A stretch of 63,603 nt of DNA, filler included, from Craspedostauros australis (lineage: Eukaryota), in assembly GCA_030167865.1 (NCBI GenBank). It is 10 parts of 10 records of this genome, joined end to end, with 100 filler letters (N's around TTAATTAATTAA, not from the genome) between each part and the next. Parts side by side here need not be neighbours in the genome. Positions count along the whole stretch, not along the records: positions 24,358 to 44,215 come from JALAGF010003898.1; positions 44,316 to 54,657 come from JALAGF010003900.1; 8 more parts are not named here. One strand, 5' to 3'. Under the pieces are notes generated by a model. The model did no database searches and was not told the DNA's origin. It worked only from the letters and a program-made list of their open reading frames with translations. Every line of letters starts with the position of its first letter. The stretch's first letter is position 1. Shown here one piece after another: positions 35,087-45,683 of this stretch. The position numbers and the translations under genes are program-made.

Positions 35087-38000
35087 GGTTGCAGATGCAG
35101 GCAGCAATGGGTATGATCACGTGTGATTGGGTTGGTATCGGCGTTGACGTTGGTGTTGGTGTTGGTGTTGGTGTTGATGAGGATGTCAGTGGTGATCTTC
35201 TCTCCCTTGGAAATTATGGTTTGGTGTCGTTCGCAGGGCTGTGCGAGTGAGTGTTGTGTCTGGCAGCTGTGCTGTATTGCGCTCCGGGTCCTTGATACGA
35301 CTATGCACCCTCAGTGTTCGTGTTTGTGACTATGGTTGTGAATAATACGACTATGGCTGTATCTGCGATTGTTTTGTGGTGATGTTGGTCGTGCTACTCG
35401 CACGAGTTACGGAAGAGGAGTTGGTGGCTGTGTCGATAGACGCTGGTTTGGCTGAGGAGGAAGCAATTAGTCGTACAGCATCACCCACTCAGTGGTGTGT
35501 TGGTACGAGTATCAGTGCAGTATTCGTTTTGTGATGATCAAAGATGGCGGCTCTTCCTCACTTGTTGTTACCGCTGTTGCGCTACGTTCTGAGCTTACTG
35601 TGTGACACTCACAAAAGTGACGTGACGCGTCTGAACATGATACGCGGACGAAATGCGAAGCCTTGCGGAATGGCACCAAAGCATGTCGGCAGTCATGGAA
35701 GGAAAGGCGCCAAAACAATGGTGGGGATGTCGCTGTCTGTGCAGTGTGGGATGCACTGTTCTGCTACTACTGCATTTGGCGTACAAGCACGCCTCCGCCA
35801 CACCAGATGTTGCCTCCGATTCTGAAGGCGATGAGAGTATCGCACAGGCACGAGCACAGTGGGGGTCCGAGAGTCCCTTCTCTTCTGACCTTCGCGGCAA
35901 TTCGGAAACAGGCGCCCAGCTCGCAGGCGTACTCTCCAGCTCTTTGGTTATGTCAAGGTCGACCCAAATGTCATTGAATTCTACGAGACAAAGTCCACCA
36001 CAGCACCGATAGACACGGAACCGCGCAGAGAAGAGATTCTGGCAATACCGACGATCGACTATTTCTCGATCCTACTTCTGCGATGCTCCACGCAGGTGTT
36101 ATGTTAAGCTTGGGATGGAGAAACAACAGAATCTGAGGATAGTTATTTCCATTGGAGTCCTGTCGCGGGAACTGTGGAAATAGCAATGCCATGGTGGCTC
36201 AGCATTGGCATGGTGTTGTGGTGTGAAGGTATGGACGACGACCACAAGGACGACATGTGATGCATGGATGATGCACGGATGTCCGTGCACTTTGCGTGTG
36301 TGCGTGTGTCAACCCAGCGGCGCTCTGTGGCATTCTAATCCCTTGGTTTGTGGCGTCGGTCAGGGATGGTCTTCTTCGACCCGTGGAGTAGTTCGTACCA
36401 TACGTGACGATGGAAGCCGTCGGAAGAGTCACTTCACATCTCGAGATGCCCCTCCTCGCATGCTGGCGCCATGTGCCCCATTGGTCGTCTACGAGCTACT
36501 CTAATCGTATTTCGCGACTCTGCAAATGATCTGCGAACATTCTGTCCTCTCCCCCTCTCCAGAGAGTACTATTGCAGGATTACATATATGTTGCGAAAAG
36601 ATAGACTGCGGCCAAACATCATCAGTCGCACAGCAGGCTGTTGCTGGCCTTGCATACGATCTACTCTACAAGCACCAAAGTTGTGTCTGTGTGTTTGTGC
36701 TCCTCGCACCACTGTCCTTGTTGCTGATAGCGTTGCTGGTGGCGTCGGTGTTGCATTCTGTCGCCAACTGCTGCGAGGTGCGTCCTAGTCTGAATACTCA
36801 AGAAAATGTGAGATCAGAACGGAACGCACACAAACGCACGCTCTGTGCACAATTTGGAAGATTGGTGTTCAATTGGCACTTCGGGTCACTGTGACCGGGC
36901 CTTTCATGCTTTTATGGTATTGTACTTGAACTGAGCTGTTATCATTGTTGTCGTCGCTGTTGTTGTCGTTGTTCATGATCCGAGCGTCCCCTTCACAACG
37001 GGAGTTAAGCGTTGGATTTCAATCTACAGCAAAAGCCCTTCAACTTGCTATTTAGTGCCAATCGCTGCGATGACACTGTGACCCATTCATTCGCCGCCAC
37101 CAACGCCATGCTGGCACTCTTGCGCTTTGAGTGGAAGAGCCAATCCATCGTCGTGTTCCTTTGCAATTATCACAATTCACACAAAAGCCGTCCCAAATCT
37201 GGCCCTCAAACCGGTTGGTGATTGGTTGTCATTTTCTCTCCATGGACAAAGACGTCGCTGCCGATCCCGTTTCTTGCACCCGCTCTTTCGCATCACTGCT
37301 CTGTGCATTTTAGTCATGGATGTGTCTATTCAACTATTTAAGTACTCTACCTATTCGAGTATAGAATTTGTGCGGAGGAATGTTAAGTTTTGCCGAAGTT
37401 ACAGTGTCGGCGAACATGGACATTTGGAAACGCGTTGGGTTTTATCAATTGGTGAGGGGTTGCGGCAAATCAGAATGGGCGAGCTACCACGAACGAGTCT
37501 GCGCCACCTCACAATCGCGCAACCTGTTCTCAACATGTGGTCGACGCTGGCACAACGCGTGTCGCAGCGATCCCCAACCTAGAGAGTACTCTACTCCAGC
37601 TTGTTTAACACTGCAGCATGTCTGAAGAAGCGACTGAATGTCAATTGCGAAGACGCTGCATCTTGTCGCCTCCAAGAGCACTGTTGTGGCTTCGCACATG
37701 AGGAAGCGGAGGATACCCTTGGGGCCTGACACGCGATCAACTGTTGGGATTGACGAATTTCTCACAACGCGCAGCAACCAAGGAACTGGCACAACAAACG
37801 AAGGTGTTTGGGCGAAGTTTTCGCTCCCCTCATGTTGGAGTCAGATGTTGAACGCCCTCCGGAAACAGAGCGACAACATGTCCAACATCACCACCACCGC
37901 ACAACCAACATCCGACAGCAACAACGGCATGGACAGGGGCGACAGACACGCAGGAGAAGACGGCATGCAGGGCAAAGGCCAGCTAAGGATATCGCTGAAG

Positions 38001-38304
38001 CGAACATCACGAACTGCCACCAGCGACAACCACACAATCGCTCCCTACAACAACGACAGCAGCGGCGGCGCTGTCACATCATCCTCAGGGTTGAATAGGC
38101 ACATCGTGCAACTTCGTAAACAAGCGATTCAACCCTACTACGAGTAGTACCATAACTCATACTCATAATCGTGCTCTCCTACTCACACACTAAAGTATCG
38201 GCACGAAGATCAGCATCAGTACCAACACAAGGGCAACGCAAATCAAAGAAACACCGTGCTTGTCAGGAGCAAGGGCAAGGGCAACATCACGAACGCTAGC
38301 AACG

Positions 38305-41300
38305 ATGCCAATGGTTGCAGGAGCAGAGGCTTCCACAAGTACGAGGCCGTCACAATCCCATGATACGAAGGTAGTCTCGTCATCAACTTCCTTCGCTGGG
38401 ACGACCGTGACGGCGATGTCTGCAGCTACCAACACAGGGACAGTCGCAACGAATACAACCATGGAGCAGCAGCAGGGGCTACAAAAGTCTACGCCTCGGA
38501 AGGACAGAGTCAAGAGCTTCTTTTCGTCGGGCCGCGACTTCTACGATGATGGGTACACGGACGAGGAGCAGGATCTCGCAGATCTGCCAACGACCGTGAC
38601 TGGTTTGCTCGGGGCCGCTCGCTTCTTTGGTCGTCAGAAGGATGTGGAAGCGTTCGAGAGGGCACACGACGATATCATGCAGGCACAGTGCAAGGATGGG
38701 AGTTTGTCCTATGGAAGTGCCAACAGCACAGACAATGCCTTCAAAGTATCCTCGAAAGATTTTTCGTTGTCAGGGACCAACTTATCGCCGTCGGCCGCGT
38801 CATCGGTGGTAACGAGGGTGCTCCGAACGGCCTATCCTGCTATTTTGGTCTGGGGCATCAGCGGCACCGGCAAGTCCACGCTTGTCGATCATTTCTTCGA
38901 GAAGCACTGCGACAGTGGCTGGGGTGACAGCCGCAGTGACAGCAAGGCGCAGCCTCAATCATCATCAGCATCATTATCATCGTTGCCATCGGCATCGACA
39001 CGTCCCTGTTACATCCTTCGTGGAAAGTACGATGAGTACACAGGGCAAAGCGAGCCGTTCTCTGCCATCGTGCAAGCGCTGAACGCCTTCTCACAGCAGC
39101 TCATGGCAGGTCCCGAGCACGAGCTGGATCGCATCCGCAAGGCGGTTCGCAGGGCGTTCCGCTCCAACAGCGCAAAGTCCATGGCGATGATCGATGAGAG
39201 CAAGGAGATGCAACTCGAAGACGATGGTGACGACGACCAAGCAGAGGGAAAGGATGACCCGGACACTGACGCATCGCGTTCCGATACCCCGCGCAAGCGA
39301 CGCAAGTATGGCAAGCGACGACGACACCAAACGGGTGGCGACTCGTGCGATAAGAACACGGGCAACAAAGATGACACTATTCCCACCACCCAGGACAGCC
39401 ATAATGACGACGGCAACGACGATAGCGGCGACGAGACAGATGATGGCATGGCGGTTCTGGAATCATTGGTCCGTGTCGTGCCGTCGCTATCCTTCCTGCT
39501 GCAGCAAAACTCATCCCCGCGTGGACAATCCCACATGACTGATACGCTACAGTCCCTGCGACGAGCAAATAGAAGTGGTTTCACGAGGACGACGAATAGC
39601 CATCGCAACATTGCCAACAGCAACAACAGCAGCAGCGACTGCGATGCACCTGACAACCAGATGGCAACGACGTCGATCGAGACGGTTTGGAATCAGTTCC
39701 AGTACATCTTCCTCCAGTTCCTCAAGGCAATCTCGACGGCTGAGAGGCCCATCTACCTCTTCTTGGATGATCTGCAATGGTCTTCGGAGATCGGTCTGAA
39801 GCTGCTCGCCAATGTTCTGTCGGATCCAGAATTGAAGCACTTCATTCTCATCGCCTCCATCCGGCAGGAGACGAATCCACACAACAGCGAAGTCCTGGAG
39901 GTGCCCATGGATGAACCTTTGCGAACGGTGTTTCTCGATCGGTTGCAAGAAGCACAGCTCCACCAACTCACCATCAGCAATCTGACCAAGCTCGAGATGT
40001 CCACGTGGCTCTCCAGCTTGCTGGATCGCGAGGAGGAGGATCTGTCCGTGCTAGTCGACAAGGTCCACGACAAGACGGATGGCAACATCTACTTCGCGGT
40101 GCAGGTGCTGGAGGAGCTGGAATGCAACAACATCCTGGTGTACAGCCGCATATCCTTCCAATGGGAGTTCAATTTTTGCAACGATACGAATCCGAACAAC
40201 GGCGATGGTTTGCGCATGAGCGACAACATCGTCAGCGCCATCGAATCCAAACTGCGCCAGCTCCCCAAACCGTTGCAGCAGGTGCTATCCATCGCCGCTT
40301 ACATTCGAGCATCCTTCGATGTCCACGTGCTGGAGTACATCATGGCCAACGAGCACAATCACGCGGATGGAATCTTGTCATGGAAGCTGGAAGATGATGC
40401 AGCGAGACGGAGGCAACAGCTGTGCGATCTACTGGAACAGGCCGTTTTAGAGCGGCTGATCACGAACTCGATCGGCGGTACGACGTACCGATTTGCTCAT
40501 GATCGCATCCAACAGGCGGCTCATGGCATGGTGCCGTTTGGTGAGATCCGCGACAAGCTACGGGTGCGTATCGGCCACTGTCTCTTCCGTATCTACCAGC
40601 ATGGTTTGCCGGGCAGTAACAACAGCATCAGCAACAGCAATGCCACCAGCAATGGCAAGGGTGGCGACGACCAAGAAGGCGCCATGCAGACGATTGATGT
40701 TGAGGATGGATTGTTGTTCGTCGCAGCCGATCACTTGAACAGCGTTCAGACCAAGGACCACATGTTCTCTGTGACGATGAATTTGGAAGTCGGGGAGAGG
40801 GCTCTGGAGATGGCAGCATTGGCACCCGCCGCGGTGTATCTGCAAAAGGCCATCCAATCTCTGCGCCTCGTCCGCAACGATCCGTGGGATGCATTCTACG
40901 ACACGTGCCTGCGCCTATACAGGGCCAGGTGCGACGTCGAGCTGTCGCTGGGTCGGCTCGAGATCGGCCACAACCTGGCCACGACCGTCATCGAAAAGTG
41001 CAGAACGCTGGAGGACAGGCTGCCCACGTATCACGCATTGGCACGCGCCTTCGGTCGGCAGGGCAAGAACCAAGATTCGCTCAGCATTTCGCTGCACGCC
41101 GTGACGGAGATGAAGCAGTTCCCGAGCAAGTGGAAGTATCTGCCATACTGCCTGACCAACATCCGGCGTATCAAGCGCTATCTGAATCGCTACAGCAATG
41201 ATGAGATCTTGGCCTCGTTGCCAACCATGACGAACCAGACCAAGATCATGACGATGAAGCTGTGCAAGGAACTCAGCGTTCGAGCCTACCTGACGAAGAA

Positions 41301-42786
41301 TATGCTCCTTTGGCTCGTCAATCTGTGCAAGCTCATGCGCACCACCATGCGGTACGGTCTGTGCATGGAATCGGCCAACGGCTTCGTCGCGTTTGCTCTG
41401 CTGATGGGGCGGACAGGCAACCAGGACATGGCGCTGCGTTGTGCGGACTTGGGACAGCGCACCCTGAAGAAGGTCAGCGGCTCCGCCACGATGGGGTGGA
41501 TCTACATGCTAACCGGCTCCTTCATCAACTCGTTCCACACACCCGTCACGGAACTGATCGCGAACTTCCGAAAGGGCTACTCCAAGTCGATGGAGAACGG
41601 CGAGTTCGAATTCGGCTTCCTGTGCTGGCAATCTTGCATCATGATGGCCTTCCAGGCCGGATATCCGCTGCCTTCGGTCATGGAGTCCGTCGAATCGCTC
41701 GTGCAGCAGTGCAAGGTGTACAACGTCAACACCATGAGCGCCATGGCGCCGGAACACATTACTCTCATCCGATACCTCACGCAGACGGACGAGGTCGTCG
41801 ATTGGGACAAGCTGGAGGAGTCCGCCGCCAACGGTCCCAGCACCGAGGACGCTGCCAACGGCACAGGCTTCGCCTTGCACTACAACCACAGCTTGATTCT
41901 GGCCACACTGTTCGGCAAGTACGAACTGGCGCAAAAGCTCGCCGATCGGTTGGTGAGCATGGCATCGCACGACAAATCTTTCATGACGCTGCTGAGCCGA
42001 GGACTGTATCCCGGCATCGTCGCGGCGGAGCTGTACCGACGCACTGGGCAACGGCAGCATCTGCGCCGGTTGCGCACGATCCTGAAGGAGGCGCGCTTCA
42101 TCGCGAGGACGTACGGCAACAACTTCGTCCATCACGTGCTGCTGTTGGAAGCCGAGGAGAAGAGCATCCGGAAGCGTGAGAAGGAGAGCCACTCCATCCG
42201 CAACGCGTACGACATTGCCATCATGGTGGCCAACAACGCATCATGCTACCACACTGCAGCGCTGGCCAATGAGCTTGCGGGGGAGCATTACGTGCGCCAT
42301 GGACTGAAGCATCGTGTGGGAAAGTACTTCGCGAACGCAGTTCTGTGTTACGCGGAATGGGGTTGCACGGTGAAGGTGAAGAGACTGAAGCAGACGCGCA
42401 AGGAATACCTCAAGGAGCTGGGCAAGATGAAGAGCGTGACGTTGTTGAATGACGTCACTGCCCCAGGATTGTCAAGTGCACCGCCCCTTCAAGATCTTCG
42501 TGGCGATGGCCGTGGCGATGGCAGTGGTGCCGACAACAACGAAGCCATCTGCGACTTTGGAAATCCATCCGTCGCAGGCCGAGGCGGCGCATCGCAACGC
42601 ACGAAGCCAGCTGTGCTGCCAACCTTCCGACCATCGACGAGCCACATCTCATCGAGCATCGCGGAGACGGTGTCCCGGACGGACGAATACAAACTTGGCA
42701 CGGAAGAACTTGGCGGCGGTGTTGGACATGGTGGTGACAATGGTGACGATGTGTCCGTGTTGACTGACGGTTCGTCTTACAAGTAG
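38305..42786 (+). CDS. STAND-class P-loop NTPase (SWACOS/COG3899-like), paralog D, complete, divergent from paralog C
   Basis: FFGRQKDV, GISGTGKS, LFLDDLQW, TDGNIYF, YRFAHDRIQQAA, EWG; first ATG at 38305. Confidence 0.92.
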   Translation: MPMVAGAEASTSTRPSQSHDTKVVSSSTSFAGTTVTAMSAATNTGTVATNTTMEQQQGLQKSTPRKDRVKSFFSSGRDFYDDGYTDEEQDLADLPTTVTGLLGAARFFGRQKDVEAFERAHDDIMQAQCKDGSLSYGSANSTDNAFKVSSKDFSLSGTNLSPSAASSVVTRVLRTAYPAILVWGISGTGKSTLVDHFFEKHCDSGWGDSRSDSKAQPQSSSASLSSLPSASTRPCYILRGKYDEYTGQSEPFSAIVQALNAFSQQLMAGPEHELDRIRKAVRRAFRSNSAKSMAMIDESKEMQLEDDGDDDQAEGKDDPDTDASRSDTPRKRRKYGKRRRHQTGGDSCDKNTGNKDDTIPTTQDSHNDDGNDDSGDETDDGMAVLESLVRVVPSLSFLLQQNSSPRGQSHMTDTLQSLRRANRSGFTRTTNSHRNIANSNNSSSDCDAPDNQMATTSIETVWNQFQYIFLQFLKAISTAERPIYLFLDDLQWSSEIGLKLLANVLSDPELKHFILIASIRQETNPHNSEVLEVPMDEPLRTVFLDRLQEAQLHQLTISNLTKLEMSTWLSSLLDREEEDLSVLVDKVHDKTDGNIYFAVQVLEELECNNILVYSRISFQWEFNFCNDTNPNNGDGLRMSDNIVSAIESKLRQLPKPLQQVLSIAAYIRASFDVHVLEYIMANEHNHADGILSWKLEDDAARRRQQLCDLLEQAVLERLITNSIGGTTYRFAHDRIQQAAHGMVPFGEIRDKLRVRIGHCLFRIYQHGLPGSNNSISNSNATSNGKGGDDQEGAMQTIDVEDGLLFVAADHLNSVQTKDHMFSVTMNLEVGERALEMAALAPAAVYLQKAIQSLRLVRNDPWDAFYDTCLRLYRARCDVELSLGRLEIGHNLATTVIEKCRTLEDRLPTYHALARAFGRQGKNQDSLSISLHAVTEMKQFPSKWKYLPYCLTNIRRIKRYLNRYSNDEILASLPTMTNQTKIMTMKLCKELSVRAYLTKNMLLWLVNLCKLMRTTMRYGLCMESANGFVAFALLMGRTGNQDMALRCADLGQRTLKKVSGSATMGWIYMLTGSFINSFHTPVTELIANFRKGYSKSMENGEFEFGFLCWQSCIMMAFQAGYPLPSVMESVESLVQQCKVYNVNTMSAMAPEHITLIRYLTQTDEVVDWDKLEESAANGPSTEDAANGTGFALHYNHSLILATLFGKYELAQKLADRLVSMASHDKSFMTLLSRGLYPGIVAAELYRRTGQRQHLRRLRTILKEARFIARTYGNNFVHHVLLLEAEEKSIRKREKESHSIRNAYDIAIMVANNASCYHTAALANELAGEHYVRHGLKHRVGKYFANAVLCYAEWGCTVKVKRLKQTRKEYLKELGKMKSVTLLNDVTAPGLSSAPPLQDLRGDGRGDGSGADNNEAICDFGNPSVAGRGGASQRTKPAVLPTFRPSTSHISSSIAETVSRTDEYKLGTEELGGGVGHGGDNGDDVSVLTDGSSYK

Positions 42787-44315
42787 CACAGACCGGTGCG
42801 GTGCATACTTGAGTATAATAGATCGTTTGGAAGAAGAAGAAGAAGAACAGCGACAATCACACCATGATTCGAAGGAAAGTCCGGCAAAGCAACAGATGTG
42901 TAGTCGTACGAAAGGAAAAGAAGGAAGAAGTACGTAGACCAAAACGGCCCAGCCTCCCGTGCGTGTTGATCACACGACTACTACTGTCACAGATAACAGA
43001 TGTCCTCGCAAGTCCCGACAATGGTGTTGTTCTTCTAGTCTCCTCCAGCATACATGCCATGCCGCAACGCACCACGATCTGTGTGGATCTCGGCGTAACA
43101 TCTAACATGATGTGCTCATGCCATTGTTCTTCATAGTACCCTGGCGCAAACCCATCCCTTTTACTATACTCCACATAGGATCATGACCCTCATTCATGGT
43201 TGCTCAGCCCGTCATGACCATGCAGAAACGATGCAACAGTGATGATCGAGTGGACAACTGTTCACATTGTTCATCTTCCATGGTTGTGCGTAAGCATTCG
43301 CCGGGTGTGTTGATTGTGTTGATTGCGTTGTGGGAGATTGCGTGATGCGACGACGTCGCATTGAGGCACTTCGCACCCATTCCGCAAAACACAACCAATC
43401 GCTTGGTTCTGGACAAGGACAGCAACGCTCCACAATTAACCGTGGTTTTCGTGGCGTGGAGCACATTGGGCACATCCAGCGACACAATTGTAACGGTCAC
43501 TGTTCGTACTCGTGTTTGATGGGAGCTAACTTCACGTATCTCGGGCATGTTCCTTTTTGCGTACGTTGATTATTGCGACAACTGAGCGAGAGGAACACAA
43601 CAGCGATCACGTCCTGTTGGTTTGTCAACGCAATCACGTTCGGAGGTATCTGCGAACTTCCTTCGGCGTGATTCATACATAAGGGTAGGATTCAAACAGA
43701 TTGTGTCACTAAATGCAGTTGCGCGTATCAACAGTCCCAAGAGACGAAACCTTCGGGCTCCGCTTTCTCTTTTAAGAGCCCCTCGAGTGAGTCGACCAAC
43801 ACTTTGAAATGGACATTCTAACTTTTCATCTGCGATATCCAAACCAAGCACATATTCGTAATACCTATAGTCTCTTTATACATAATTAACCGTTACATTT
43901 TTTGTTAGATCCTTATTTTAAGTTTTATGGAGTGATCTATGTGTGCATTGCAGTCGCGTTGATCCAACAGCACAAAACCCGTTGTTGTTGGCAGAAGGTT
44001 CTATCATNNNNNNNNNNNNNNNNNNNNNNNNGATCAGTCACGGACTTGCTTCCGAAGGTGTCAGTCGTTTGGTACGCGTTAATTACACGTTAGCATGTGG
44101 CACCTGATTCCACATTCTGCTCGTCACAAAGCACATGACACAAAACACATCACACAAAACACATCATCGCCATCATTTCGCAAATTTGTGCCATGCTTCG
44201 GCTCCATTCACAACTNNNNNNNNNNNNNNNNNNNNNNNNNNNNNNNNNNNNNNNNNNNNTTAATTAATTAANNNNNNNNNNNNNNNNNNNNNNNNNNNNN
44301 NNNNNNNNNNNNNNN

Positions 44316-45020
44316 ATGCAAGGCTTTGCGAAGAAGGTCTTGACAGCCTACCGCAACAAGCCCAACAAGTCGGAGCGCAAGACATTGATCAAGGTGATCG
44401 AGTCCAACGCGCATGGCATGTCAGAACAAGAACAGATCGCAGAACTGCTTCTGTTGATCATCGGTAGTTTCGACACAACGGCATACGCACTTTCCAACAC
44501 CCTCGTCTTGCTGGCCAAGCATCCCAACGAGATGAAGCACCTGCAGCAGTCGTTGTTGCAGGGTGACCCGGCGCAATCCAGCGACCATCTCAAGCGCGTG
44601 ATCACTGAATCCCAACGAGTGATCCCTGTTGCTGCGATGGGTCCAGCTCGTCTCACCGGCCGCGATTTCATCTTCTTTGACGATCTTTCGAACCGCAAGG
44701 TCAAGGTCCCCAAAGGTGCTGCCGTGTTTCTGCCGCAGATCACGGCCCATCGCGACGAGATGGTGTTTGAAGATGCTGAGCAGTTCAAACCTGGTCGATG
44801 GGAGAATCCGACCAAGGAAATGATGAAGAGCATGGTGACATTCGCCACGGGCAATCGCAGCTGCCCCGGCCAATCGTTGGCAATTGCTGAGCTCAGCTCG
44901 GTCGTGCCAAGCATCTTGTCGAAGTACGAGTTCGAAGTTGCGGCGGAGGGCAAGATCGATTTCTTCTTGACGATGAAGTACATGGGGACTCAGCTTCGCG
45001 TGAAGAAGGTGCAAGCTTGA
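44316..45020 (+). CDS. Cytochrome P450, 3' half (5' part in gap); same sequence as 54758-55450 reversed
   Basis: I-helix IGSFDTT, ExxR (ESQR), FKPGRW, heme motif FATGNRSCPG. Confidence 0.9.
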   Translation: MQGFAKKVLTAYRNKPNKSERKTLIKVIESNAHGMSEQEQIAELLLLIIGSFDTTAYALSNTLVLLAKHPNEMKHLQQSLLQGDPAQSSDHLKRVITESQRVIPVAAMGPARLTGRDFIFFDDLSNRKVKVPKGAAVFLPQITAHRDEMVFEDAEQFKPGRWENPTKEMMKSMVTFATGNRSCPGQSLAIAELSSVVPSILSKYEFEVAAEGKIDFFLTMKYMGTQLRVKKVQA

Positions 45021-45683
45021 TCAACGATCAAAAGATGCGCATTGGCAGCAACCAGCCACTTTCATATTAGTTTCACTGACTAGCAGAGTTCATACAAATT
45101 ATTACTACTTGCACAAACGGATGCGATCCATCGTGAAAGGTTCAGCATTTGACGACAGAAGGAAGGGACGATGGCGAATGCGTCTGAGTGGAGGGTGACA
45201 CGTGCAAGTAGTCTTTGTACGAGCTCTCTGGGGAGGATCAAGAATCCAACATTGTTGTTTGTTGTTGGCGTCGTCGACCACTTCGACTCAATCCCTGCAC
45301 CCGTTCGAGGACAGACGTTGATCCCAAACACACACCAACAGAACCAACCAACAAATCGAGAATCGCGCTTCTTTTGGCGTCCTTGCTTCACAGCTCTCGT
45401 GTTTCGGACGCACGGCGCCCATCATCATCATCATTCTGGTTGGATTCCCCAACTAACCACTTGCCTGTGTCGAAACACAAGCCAGCAGCATTCATCCCAC
45501 CTGGAGAGAGGGAGAGAGAGAGAGAAGTTATCGCTTTACGAGGTGCTGTTGTGTTCAGACCAGAGACGAGAGACAGGAGACGAACGACGGCATCCAACAA
45601 CAAATATACGTATCCTCGTAAACACGTATAATACTTGTGTGTGAACACCGACGGATAGAAAAGCTGATTGATTTCGTTGCGCG

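Noticed and set aside
35100..38300. Short ORFs between the divergent STAND genes as partner genes
   Set aside because: No coding bias or motifs; looks like a shared promoter/UTR region.
43871..43879. TCTCTTTAT as an inverted match to ATAAAGAGA at 58900
   Set aside because: Only 9 bp of low complexity, the similarity does not extend, and it lies on the wrong side to be the partner TIR.
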